A DNA stretch of 13,459 nucleotides from positions 1-13,459 of the IMG/VR virus record IMGVR_UViG_3300045988_088938; one strand, 5' to 3'. Below, piece after piece: positions 5,821-13,407 of the stretch (position 1 is the first letter of the stretch; each line of letters opens with the position of its first letter). The translations under genes were made by a program, and so were the position numbers. This stretch comes from a virus. The notes under the pieces were generated by a model. The model did no database searches, had not been told where the DNA came from, and saw nothing but the letters and a program-made list of their open reading frames with translations.

Positions 5821-6424
5821 AGCAACCTTGTCACTGTTAGGGCTGTACCAGTACGACAACACAATTTTTAATGAGCTTGTATTGCCGGACGGCATGGACA
5901 AACAACTGTACATCAACAACCTGTTGATGGAAACGGCGGAGATGGAAGTGCTGTTTTCAAACCCCTCAACTATGCGCTCTGTTATTGGCATTTGGTCAAG
6001 CGCACATCTGGACAGTTGGCAAAAGATGTGGAACACCACCAAGCTGGAATACAACCCTATCGAAAACTATGACCGGCAAGAGGACTGGACAGACAACAAC
6101 CAAACTAACAGCAGGGTGCAAAGCACAGATATAGGTGTTGGCAACAATCACAGTACCGATATTAGCAAGGCCGCAGGTTTTGACAGCGGGAACCTTGTTA
6201 CCAGCGGTCAAAATGACAATGACAGCACCAACGTGAGCACGCAGACCGGAAACAGCGAGGGCAACAGCAACGAAGAGTTAAAACACACAGGGCGAGTACA
6301 TGGCAATATCGGTGTAACTACATCGCAGCAAATGATTGAGGAAGAGCGCCGGGTTGCCGACTGGAACATGTACGAGTATCTGATTAATAAGTTTAAGCAG
6401 CAATTTTTGCTGCTTGTATATTAA
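5813..6424 (+). CDS. Lower collar / head-tail adaptor protein (gp11-like by position, 203 aa)
   Basis: ATG 5813 overlaps the portal stop (gATGAgTAG). An SD-like GTGAGGG lies 8 nt upstream. It follows the portal gene as in phi29. An Asn/Ser/Thr/Gly-rich central segment is plausible for a tube-forming hairpin. The track's upstream start at 5702 lies inside the portal gene. Confidence 0.6.
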   Translation: MSRATLSLLGLYQYDNTIFNELVLPDGMDKQLYINNLLMETAEMEVLFSNPSTMRSVIGIWSSAHLDSWQKMWNTTKLEYNPIENYDRQEDWTDNNQTNSRVQSTDIGVGNNHSTDISKAAGFDSGNLVTSGQNDNDSTNVSTQTGNSEGNSNEELKHTGRVHGNIGVTTSQQMIEEERRVADWNMYEYLINKFKQQFLLLVY

Positions 6425-6436
6425 GGAGGTTATAGC

Positions 6437-8884
6437 ATGTTTGACACTAGATGGCCTTATACCAATTTCCACGAGCTCAATCTTGATTGGATTTTGGAGA
6501 CGCTCAAAAAGCAGGATGCAGCTATTGCGGATTTTATCTCGCTCAATAGCATTACCTATGCAAACCCGCTGCAATGGGATATTACGCGGCAGTACCCTAA
6601 AAATCAGGTTGTGCTTGATACCAACGGAGACGGCTATTTGAGCGTGCAGCCGGTGCCGGTCGGCGTGGAAATCGACAACACCGACTACTGGACAAAGATT
6701 GGCAATTTTTCCGAGCTGTGGAGCACGGTCAAATTGGCAATCACGGCAGCAGATGAGGGACTCAAAACCACGGCAAGCGCAGACCGGGCAAGCGGCGACC
6801 TTGTATGGCTCAATAATACCCTATATGTATGCACCACCGCAATTACACGCGGCACCGAGTACGGCACCAACAACACGGCAAAAACCACGATTGATGCAAG
6901 ACTTGCCAATTTGGCGCAGGCAGTTAAAACGCTGCAAGACAACATTGCAAATGTTAATACCGCGTTAGGTAACAAGATTGACAAGAGCACCACCGGAGAC
7001 CTTATGCAGACGGTCGGCGGCAAGTATAACATGGTAGCAGATGATTTTTCCGTTAAGTCTACCAGAGGCTACCGCAATGCAATCCATGTACCTAACGACC
7101 CCAATACACCTATTGATATTGGCAGTGATGGCGGCACATACCTGCAAGGCAATGTTAAAAGTAACTTAGTAATCAGCCATTACAATGATAATTTTGATTG
7201 GTGGCCTTTGACTGATTACAACGGCAAGACACGCAAAGTTGCTATTATCCGTGAGGATGCCGATTTTACCACAATTCCCGGCTCTCCAGTTGACATTCGC
7301 ACTTTTCAGGCCCTTAAAATGAATGGAACGGACGACATTACCGCAACCCTGAACACCTATACCAAACAATTTCCGCTGTTTATCCCGGTCGGCATCTACA
7401 AAATCAGCGCACCAGTGCAGCTTAAACATAGCTTGTATGGTGCAAGCGCGTCTCGTGACCCGGCACGCGGCAGCAGTGACACAATTTTGCAGTATACTGG
7501 CAATCCGACAGCGTTTGACAGCCTTGGCGTGTTGACTGTATCCGGCAATGATGTAGACGGCAATGTCGTCATTGCAAATTTGGATATTATTTGCAACGGC
7601 ATGATTGGCGGTATTGTGTATACCACGGATGTATACACCGACAATTACATCTATAATGTAAGTATCAGCGGCGTTAAATCCTATGGCGTGTACTTGCAGC
7701 CAAGCACTAGCACGTTAAGCCGGTATTGCTACATGGATAATGTAACGGTGTGGGGCTTTAGTGACGTACACCCCGCGGAGCGTGCTACCGGTAACGTTGC
7801 ATTTTATTGGGGCGATAAGTCCCCGGATTGCTGCTGCAATAACCTGCTTGCAATGGTTTGTCAAACCGGGTTTGATTGCCGTACTAACGTGTTTGGATGC
7901 AACTGGATTACCTATAATGGCATCCCATCCGGCGGCAGCGGCGGCGCTGATGCAAATACATGGTGGGAGAGCACGTGTGGGCTAAAAGTCACAAACAATG
8001 ATGTGCACGTTAACAACCTGTATCTTGATACTTGCCGCCATGGTATTATTTTTGACGGGCCGGGCAAGGCCGCGGCATATATCACTAACTTAATTTATAC
8101 GGTCAATGACGACACGGCAACCACCGGAGAGGGCAACGCAGCACTTGCACTGATTGGCACGAGTCCTAGTCCGCAGTTGACGGTTGACGGCGGCGTGATT
8201 AACCGTGGCGCCAAAGTATCCACCATGGTGCAGACTATTGGGCACTACCCCATCACTGCCATGAATTGCAAAATCAACAATGCGTATATCTACACCAAGC
8301 GAGAGTATATTTTTAGTGCCGACAACCAGTATTTTTGCAAGGCCGGAGAGCACCGCTGCATTGACCTTGCAATCACAGACCAGACACAATACACCGTTTC
8401 GGGGCAATCGGAGACCGGAGACCCAGAGCAGTACAAAGCATTTGCCTATATTCCGGTGCCGTCTGGCAGCGAAACATCGCAAGGTTGTATTCATATCTGC
8501 GACCGTAACAACATTGATTATACTGTCTTTATTTCCAACAATCCCGAATCCGGCGGATTGTTTGCAATCAGCGCATTTGACAACCGCAAGCTCAATCAAG
8601 CCATTTATGGTGCAACTGCCGGAGCGGGAAGGACAGTTACTTGGGATGTAGTTACAAACCTTGACAAGTTGTATTATGTCAATGATGGTAATGCTATCAT
8701 CCTTTATTTTAAGCGCCCTGCATCTTATGCGGTTACTGTGCAGGTGACTGGCTTCCTTCCAGGCAATTCCCCTGTGATTCTCGACCGCATCCGCAACATG
8801 GACGGCACGCCAATGGATTTCCCGCGATGGAATAATCATGACGGCATGACTGCTATCAAGGTTTTGCGCCCTAACATTTCTTAA
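6437..8884 (+). CDS. Tailspike / pre-neck appendage-like receptor-binding protein with right-handed beta-helix domain (815 aa)
   Basis: SD AAGGAGG precedes ATG 6437. The N-terminal WPYTNFHELNLDWILETLKK motif is common in Gram-positive phage fibre proteins. A coiled segment (RLANLAQAVKTLQDNIANVNTALGNKI) follows. NGTDDITATLNTY...PLFIPVGIYKISAPVQL matches the hallmark entry of the pectate-lyase-3 type beta-helix. The gene sits at the phi29 gene 12 position. Confidence 0.75.
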   Translation: MFDTRWPYTNFHELNLDWILETLKKQDAAIADFISLNSITYANPLQWDITRQYPKNQVVLDTNGDGYLSVQPVPVGVEIDNTDYWTKIGNFSELWSTVKLAITAADEGLKTTASADRASGDLVWLNNTLYVCTTAITRGTEYGTNNTAKTTIDARLANLAQAVKTLQDNIANVNTALGNKIDKSTTGDLMQTVGGKYNMVADDFSVKSTRGYRNAIHVPNDPNTPIDIGSDGGTYLQGNVKSNLVISHYNDNFDWWPLTDYNGKTRKVAIIREDADFTTIPGSPVDIRTFQALKMNGTDDITATLNTYTKQFPLFIPVGIYKISAPVQLKHSLYGASASRDPARGSSDTILQYTGNPTAFDSLGVLTVSGNDVDGNVVIANLDIICNGMIGGIVYTTDVYTDNYIYNVSISGVKSYGVYLQPSTSTLSRYCYMDNVTVWGFSDVHPAERATGNVAFYWGDKSPDCCCNNLLAMVCQTGFDCRTNVFGCNWITYNGIPSGGSGGADANTWWESTCGLKVTNNDVHVNNLYLDTCRHGIIFDGPGKAAAYITNLIYTVNDDTATTGEGNAALALIGTSPSPQLTVDGGVINRGAKVSTMVQTIGHYPITAMNCKINNAYIYTKREYIFSADNQYFCKAGEHRCIDLAITDQTQYTVSGQSETGDPEQYKAFAYIPVPSGSETSQGCIHICDRNNIDYTVFISNNPESGGLFAISAFDNRKLNQAIYGATAGAGRTVTWDVVTNLDKLYYVNDGNAIILYFKRPASYAVTVQVTGFLPGNSPVILDRIRNMDGTPMDFPRWNNHDGMTAIKVLRPNIS

Positions 8885-8888
8885 CAGC

Positions 8889-8925
8889 AACAGCCCCTGC
8901 CAATACGGCAGGGGCTGTTTTATGC
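8889..8925. terminator. Bidirectional rho-independent terminator between the convergent arms
   Basis: A perfect 13-bp stem pairs 8889-8901 aacagcccctgcc with 8907-8919 ggcaggggctgtt, with loop aatac. The T-run on the + side abuts the ATPase stop codon (8920-8922). Confidence 0.8.
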
Positions 8926-9984
8926 TTTCCGGCTTGAGATTTTGGCACCTTCCCGGAAATACTTATCTAGTAATACTTCGCAAATTGGCGATTCAAATAA
9001 AACAATATCGGTATAATAGTACGCAAGGCGAAACCATGCAAAATGAGCGTTAAACATTTGTATGCCGCGTTCTGTGCTTTCATATACCGGGCAGTTTCCA
9101 GATTTGTGGGTTGTTACATAATATTTTTCTTTCGATTTATGCTTATATATTTCGAGTTCGCCCATAATACATATGGGTTTATACTCAATAATGTTTTGGG
9201 GCTTAATCTGGCTGTATTCCTGCCTAAAATCGTTATTGAGCGCCATAGCACTGTATAACTTATCTTTAGTAAGCCGGTACAATGCGGTATTGGCTTTTTG
9301 CACCGAGATTGGAGAGTGTTGCAGCATCACAAGAGTAATACCGCGCTCTGTGTCTTGCCACATTTCCGTTTTAGTATCAATCATTTTTTGAGCACGCGAA
9401 ACAAGCCCCATATCCAAAAACAGCGGGTTTGCAATATCGTTTGCATTGGCAAGACACAGCATTTTAAGGGGCGGTTCGCCTTTTAACTCTCTGTTACGGT
9501 TGATTGTTTCATATGCGTTATAAAATGCCGCAGCTTCGTTTTTAAGCGGACGTTCGTGCTTCTCGGGAATAAATTCATCATAGATACAAATTTTGCAATC
9601 CTCTGCGCTAAAACCGCGCATGTTGGAGATTGTAGAAAGTGCGCAGGTATAACCATACGGCAGGCCGCCGGTGTATTTGCCTTCTTCATCGACATCATAA
9701 AATGCGCTACTACCCTTGGATATCGGAAAAGGTTTGATGTTCAAACCCATATCTTCACAGACCGGCTTGATGGGGCTGAACTCTGGTTTATTAACTAGGT
9801 CGATGGCGGTTTGCGTTCGGCGCATGAGCATAAATGTTATACGATGCTCAAGTACATATTTTAATGCGCCATATGTTTTACCGGTGCCGCGTCCGCCTAC
9901 AATCATAATATAAGGCGTTGGCAAGCCCATAATATAATCCATGTTCAGGTATCCGCTGTCTAGGTATAACTTGTTCTTCTTCAT
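8920..9984 (-). CDS. DNA encapsidation (packaging) ATPase, phi29 gp16-like (354 aa)
   Basis: Walker A is GGRGTGKT and Walker B is ICIYDEF. IVGGRGTGKTY...FMLMRR parallels gp16 VIGARGIGKSY...FIYVRR. YDEFIPEK...INRNRE...LCLANA..ANPLF parallels FDEFIREK...VFRNRE...ICLSNA..VNPYF. Confidence 0.9.
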   Translation of the reverse strand: MKKNKLYLDSGYLNMDYIMGLPTPYIMIVGGRGTGKTYGALKYVLEHRITFMLMRRTQTAIDLVNKPEFSPIKPVCEDMGLNIKPFPISKGSSAFYDVDEEGKYTGGLPYGYTCALSTISNMRGFSAEDCKICIYDEFIPEKHERPLKNEAAAFYNAYETINRNRELKGEPPLKMLCLANANDIANPLFLDMGLVSRAQKMIDTKTEMWQDTERGITLVMLQHSPISVQKANTALYRLTKDKLYSAMALNNDFRQEYSQIKPQNIIEYKPICIMGELEIYKHKSKEKYYVTTHKSGNCPVYESTERGIQMFNAHFAWFRLAYYYTDIVLFESPICEVLLDKYFREGAKISSRKA

Positions 9985-10004
9985 TGTTACTCGCTTTCAT
10001 ATTT

Positions 10005-10044
10005 CAAAAGGGCGGCGGTTTTCAAGCCGCCGCCCTTTTGTTGG
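10005..10044 (-). terminator. Strong GC-rich hairpin terminator (symmetric, U-tracts both ways) between the SSB and ATPase genes
   Basis: The core stem pairs 10010-10018 gggcggcgg with 10027-10035 ccgccgccc. It is extendable to 14 bp (10005-10018/10027-10040). The loop is 8 nt. tttt flanks the stem in either orientation. Confidence 0.75.
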
Positions 10045-10070
10045 GGGGAATTATGTCAAGAATGGAATGG

Positions 10071-10421
10071 TTAGTTCATCTTGCATCCGATGTAATGACG
10101 GCCATTTTTGCTTTCGCCGCCAATGACTTCGATGTCTACAGTGGTGAGGTCAGCATCGTACTGGTTGACAACATCAACGATTGCTGCAAAGTCGCGCTTA
10201 AACGTGCCGGAAATGGTGCTGAAAGTGTCGCCCTCACTGGTAAGCACTGCAAGCACTTCCTGCGTTTCGCCCTTGGCGTTTTCATCCTCGTAGAGGGCGT
10301 AAGCCTCAATGTTAAAAGTTGCGCCTTCAAGCGTTTTCATGGAGCGTGAGTCGGGGTTGCGGGTCAGGCTGTACGCCTGCTTCATGGTCAGATTTTCGGG
10401 AAAGCTCTTGATGATTTTCAT
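10071..10421 (-). CDS. Single-stranded DNA-binding protein, phi29 p5-like (116 aa)
   Basis: SD AAGGAG lies 8 nt before the ATG. TLEGATFNIEAYALYEDENAKGETQEVLAVLTSEGDTFSTISGTFKRDFAAIVDVV...IEVIGGESKNGRHY parallels phi29 p5 TLEGQ...IEANAIAQYK...[37 protein letters not shown]...VKVVQGTSSKGNVF (from memory). It lies adjacent to the polymerase. Confidence 0.55.
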   Translation of the reverse strand: MKIIKSFPENLTMKQAYSLTRNPDSRSMKTLEGATFNIEAYALYEDENAKGETQEVLAVLTSEGDTFSTISGTFKRDFAAIVDVVNQYDADLTTVDIEVIGGESKNGRHYIGCKMN

Positions 10422-10473
10422 AATTGTTACTCCTTGTTCGTGTTTGTGTTTTGTAGCTTCTTGCTACAATTAT

Positions 10474-10502
10474 ATGATACCGCTTTATTAACCTATTGTC
10501 AA
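10474..10502 (-). promoter_or_regulatory. Candidate sigma-A type promoter TTGACA-N17-TATCAT upstream of the SSB gene
   Basis: On the - strand, TTGACA (10502-10497) overlaps the polymerase stop codon. A 17-nt spacer precedes TATCAT (10479-10474). A perfect TATAAT lies 5 nt further (10474-10469). A 7-bp palindromic hairpin at 10451-10469 follows. Confidence 0.45.
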
Positions 10503-12595
10503 TACCCATTTTCAAAATATTCATCCAGCCTGCCTATGCCTTTTCGGGTGTAATCGCAGCGCAAAAGCAAGTCCATATATTCCGCAGTAATTCCGAGTTT
10601 ATAGGTGCTTTCACGGATAACAACATTTGATGTAATTGGCAATGTGTGACCGTCTATTGTAATGCTGTCTATCTCTGGACTATCATTATATATGGATTCT
10701 GTGCCGCCCGCGTCACGGAAAACAAAACCCGGCTTAAATGCATCAATGCCGCCGCTGCGTTCCAATTCTTTCGCGCCCTCTTTTTTATTAACGCCTGCAA
10801 TTGTGCAGCACAATGGGCTTTCTGGCGTTTCGCGGTAGCAATATTTTTTAGCGCCCAACGTGGCAAATTCGAACATATCATGTTCAGGTTCGAAAACGCC
10901 CATATAATGCATGTTGCCGGATGGGTCAGCAGCATATGCACCTGAGGTTTTACTATCTTTAATTCTTGCTTTGTTGTATTTTGTCCAGTCAATGTCACCG
11001 AGATATTTTACCGAGTCAGTATCACAATACACAAAGCCATCCCCTGCAAGCTCTATACCCTCTTCAAGTCGATAACGCGCATTTGCAGTTACCCAAACGC
11101 CCCATTGATAACACAAAAACGCGTTGCGCAGATTTTGCGACAAGATATTTTCGATTGGCGTTTTTTCATCAATTTCAAATTCTTCTTCAGGAGTGTATAA
11201 TATGGAGCGTTTGCCCGGGTCTTGTGCCATCATGCCATATATACTATTGAGCTTGTTTTTGCTTTTCATGTAATACAATTCTTGCCCGGGCACATTCTTC
11301 AAGCTTGTTTTTGCGCGGTAATAATCTATTGCACATTCAATCAGTTCGCGCGGCAACTTTGCGTAGGTGGATTGCCAACAGTCAAATGCCCGGAATCCAG
11401 AAAACTTGTACTCTTTAAGGATAATTGCAAGGTCAACATCTGTCACGGTTGTTTCGAGGTATTTTGCGCTCAATATTCGCCCGTTGTCACGGTCGGGGTC
11501 TATCACGTTTCGGCTCTTATCAATCGTAAGATATGGGCATCCCCAGCAAGGGTTGATTAACTCAACGTCTGTTAATGCAATACGCATTATCAACGCTTTG
11601 CGGTGCTTGTTGAGTTTTCGTTTGAGTCCATCCAAAGTTATTTCCCCGATAGGCACAAAAGCTCGCATTGGGTACAGACAATTGCACAACACATCCGGGT
11701 AACTGCTGCTTCGGTCTGCGCTCTGGATTTTACCACGCAGCACTTGACCGGTATAATAGCGGTTGGCGTGAGTGTTTCCGCCGCGAAACGCTTCACGCAG
11801 CATTGTATATAATTCCGCGTCAGGCTGGATTGCGCCGAGACGTTCCAGCCCTGCGCGTTTCATGGCGGCGCGTGCATCGCGGCGCACATAGCCGGTAGAG
11901 GTTAGAGGAATTGTGTACAGGTTGTCATTGTCATGGTGCATTTCAATGGTCAGGGCTTCACATAGGCCGAGCACGTCATTTACACAATATTCAAGCTCTT
12001 CATCCGACAACGCCGTCCATGGATAGCGGAGCTTATTGTAGTCAAATTTTACGCCGGACAATTTACCATGAGCCACGCCCATTTTGTGGGTGTATGCATC
12101 AAGGCTCATATTCGAGTGCAGATAGCTGCAGCGGAATTCAAAAAAATTATCATACATCGTACATTTCAGGACTTTGCGGCAATCAACTGCAAAAATCTCA
12201 TCATTAGTAAAATGGTAGATACCGCGTAAAAATTGGAACTCATATGACAAATTATGGACATATACACAGAGCTGCAAATGGTAATCTTCTTGAGATTGTT
12301 CTTGCATGCAGGCTTCGAGGCTGGCACACAATGCTTCAAATTCATCCCATGTTCTACCGACAACAGTAAGATTAATAGGTGCCGCAAAATGCCATTGCCA
12401 AATATACATGACAGCTTGTTCTATCGACTTAATGCGAGTTGTTTCAATGTCAAACGCTGTCACAATATCAAGCAATTTTGTCTTTTTGGTTCTTGTGATT
12501 TTCCGTTCCAAAACAGGTAGCGTGGCGAATTTCTCTAGCGGAAAATCAATCACCGAACAAATGACTTGCCCATTCTTCAAGGTCTTTACTTTCAA
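10499..12595 (-). CDS. Family B DNA polymerase, protein-primed type (698 aa)
   Basis: Exo I is FDIETT, Exo II is HNLSYEFQF and Exo III is YCVNDVLGL. Motif A is DRSSSYPD, motif B is KNKLNSIYGMMAQ, motif C is YCDTDSV and the KxY motif is GAKKYCY. All parallel phi29 DNAP motifs. The start is TTG at 12595, preceded by AAGGTGA. Confidence 0.95.
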   Translation of the reverse strand: MKVKTLKNGQVICSVIDFPLEKFATLPVLERKITRTKKTKLLDIVTAFDIETTRIKSIEQAVMYIWQWHFAAPINLTVVGRTWDEFEALCASLEACMQEQSQEDYHLQLCVYVHNLSYEFQFLRGIYHFTNDEIFAVDCRKVLKCTMYDNFFEFRCSYLHSNMSLDAYTHKMGVAHGKLSGVKFDYNKLRYPWTALSDEELEYCVNDVLGLCEALTIEMHHDNDNLYTIPLTSTGYVRRDARAAMKRAGLERLGAIQPDAELYTMLREAFRGGNTHANRYYTGQVLRGKIQSADRSSSYPDVLCNCLYPMRAFVPIGEITLDGLKRKLNKHRKALIMRIALTDVELINPCWGCPYLTIDKSRNVIDPDRDNGRILSAKYLETTVTDVDLAIILKEYKFSGFRAFDCWQSTYAKLPRELIECAIDYYRAKTSLKNVPGQELYYMKSKNKLNSIYGMMAQDPGKRSILYTPEEEFEIDEKTPIENILSQNLRNAFLCYQWGVWVTANARYRLEEGIELAGDGFVYCDTDSVKYLGDIDWTKYNKARIKDSKTSGAYAADPSGNMHYMGVFEPEHDMFEFATLGAKKYCYRETPESPLCCTIAGVNKKEGAKELERSGGIDAFKPGFVFRDAGGTESIYNDSPEIDSITIDGHTLPITSNVVIRESTYKLGITAEYMDLLLRCDYTRKGIGRLDEYFENGY

Positions 12596-13172
12596 TTTTC
12601 ACCTTGCCCCCTTTTGTACGGGAATATTCATCAGGAAAGTTGCGGGCAGCTTCTTCTTGCTTTTTGATAAATTTCTCAAACCATTTTTGCACTTTGGATA
12701 CTGGTATTTTGCCGGTCGTTACATTTTCAAAAAGATTTGCAATCGGTTCCGAATCAAAATGCATATTTTGCGCAATGGTTCGCATTGTTTCCATAAATGT
12801 GACATACGATAAAAAATTCTGTTTTGTTACAAATTCATAGCCATTGGCATTAAGCTTTGCAATCATACCTTTGCGTTCGCGCTTAAAACGTGCGATTGAA
12901 ATATCTTCGTTCAAAAAACGCTTTGCTTCTGCGAGAGCATATACAAGCTGCTGTTTGTTCTTGATTTGCGCAACGGGTGGTAACTTGCCATAGTGCTTGA
13001 CTTCGGATAGTTCCGCAAATTCAGATTTTTCAAGACGCTCTTGACGTTTACGCACAATAGAGCGGAGCTTACTATACTCTTTACGCAAATCTGCTTCGGT
13101 ATGCTTATTAAGATAATATGGAGTGTACTCCAAGTCTTGCCACGCGTACTGCGTGGGTTTACGCTTTGCCAT
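12546..13172 (-). CDS. Candidate terminal protein (208 aa from ATG 13172)
   Basis: It lies immediately upstream of, and overlaps, the polymerase gene, as phi29 gene 3 does with gene 2. SD AGGAG (13185-13181) lies 8 nt before the ATG. It has a basic N-terminus (MAKRKP), and KEYSKLRSIVRKRQERLEK resembles phi29 TP AEYARLVKNTKAKIARTKKKY (from memory). The C-terminal region is acidic with Ser/Thr/Tyr candidates. The genome has ITRs. Confidence 0.6.
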   Translation of the reverse strand: MAKRKPTQYAWQDLEYTPYYLNKHTEADLRKEYSKLRSIVRKRQERLEKSEFAELSEVKHYGKLPPVAQIKNKQQLVYALAEAKRFLNEDISIARFKRERKGMIAKLNANGYEFVTKQNFLSYVTFMETMRTIAQNMHFDSEPIANLFENVTTGKIPVSKVQKWFEKFIKKQEEAARNFPDEYSRTKGGKVKIESKDLEEWASHLFGD

Positions 13173-13407
13173 AATCAATGCTCCTATCTTGCAGGGCAAA
13201 AGTCAATTTTACGATTTTTGAATCTTTTGCAAAAATGTTCATGTCCTCGATAGTCGCGTTGCGATATGACAAGGGCATAGACCGGAATTCACCTGTCCAC
13301 AGGGGCAGATCACCTTTCGTTGCACTGTACACACTAACCATAATATCAGGGGGCAAGGTGTAGCACATGCGGTAAAAATCCAAAGGTGTGATAACGCGTT
13401 TTTTCAT
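13159..13407 (-). CDS. Hypothetical small protein (82 aa), right-terminal paralogue of ORF 253-441
   Basis: The ATG and the SD GAAGGAAG lie inside the ITR. The protein shares the DFYR.C/P/VY/TGE(F/Y)/P pattern with the 62-aa left ORF. Its 3' end overlaps the terminal protein gene start by 14 nt. Confidence 0.6.
   Translation of the reverse strand: MKKRVITPLDFYRMCYTLPPDIMVSVYSATKGDLPLWTGEFRSMPLSYRNATIEDMNIFAKDSKIVKLTFALQDRSIDYGKA

Noticed and set aside
7290-7320. TTGACA-N19-TAAAAT inside the tailspike gene
   Set aside because: The 19-nt spacer is suboptimal, the site is deep inside a coding region, and no downstream start would use it. Other internal TTGACA hexamers (for example at 1025, 1968, 4452, 5592, 6972 and 8663) lack any -10 at 16-18 nt.
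8090-8890. 266-aa - strand ORF antisense to the tailspike 3' end
   Set aside because: It would start inside the bidirectional terminator and has no SD. The + strand frame has clear beta-helix and tail-fibre features.
9985-10026. Possible ATPase promoter TTGAAA-N18-TATGAA with its -35 in the terminator loop (- strand)
   Set aside because: The -10 is weak and the spacer is 18 nt. The predicted start would leave only about 4 nt of leader, excluding any SD. It remains an alternative to the read-through model.
12306-12812. 168-aa + strand ORF antisense to the TP/polymerase junction, plus other + ORFs across 10646-12520
   Set aside because: The - strand carries a polymerase with every canonical motif. 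The + frames are low-complexity shadows without SDs.
13173-13199. TTG start at 13199 for the TP candidate
   Set aside because: ATG 13172 has an AGGAG SD at 8-nt spacing. The longer form adds 9 residues with no SD.
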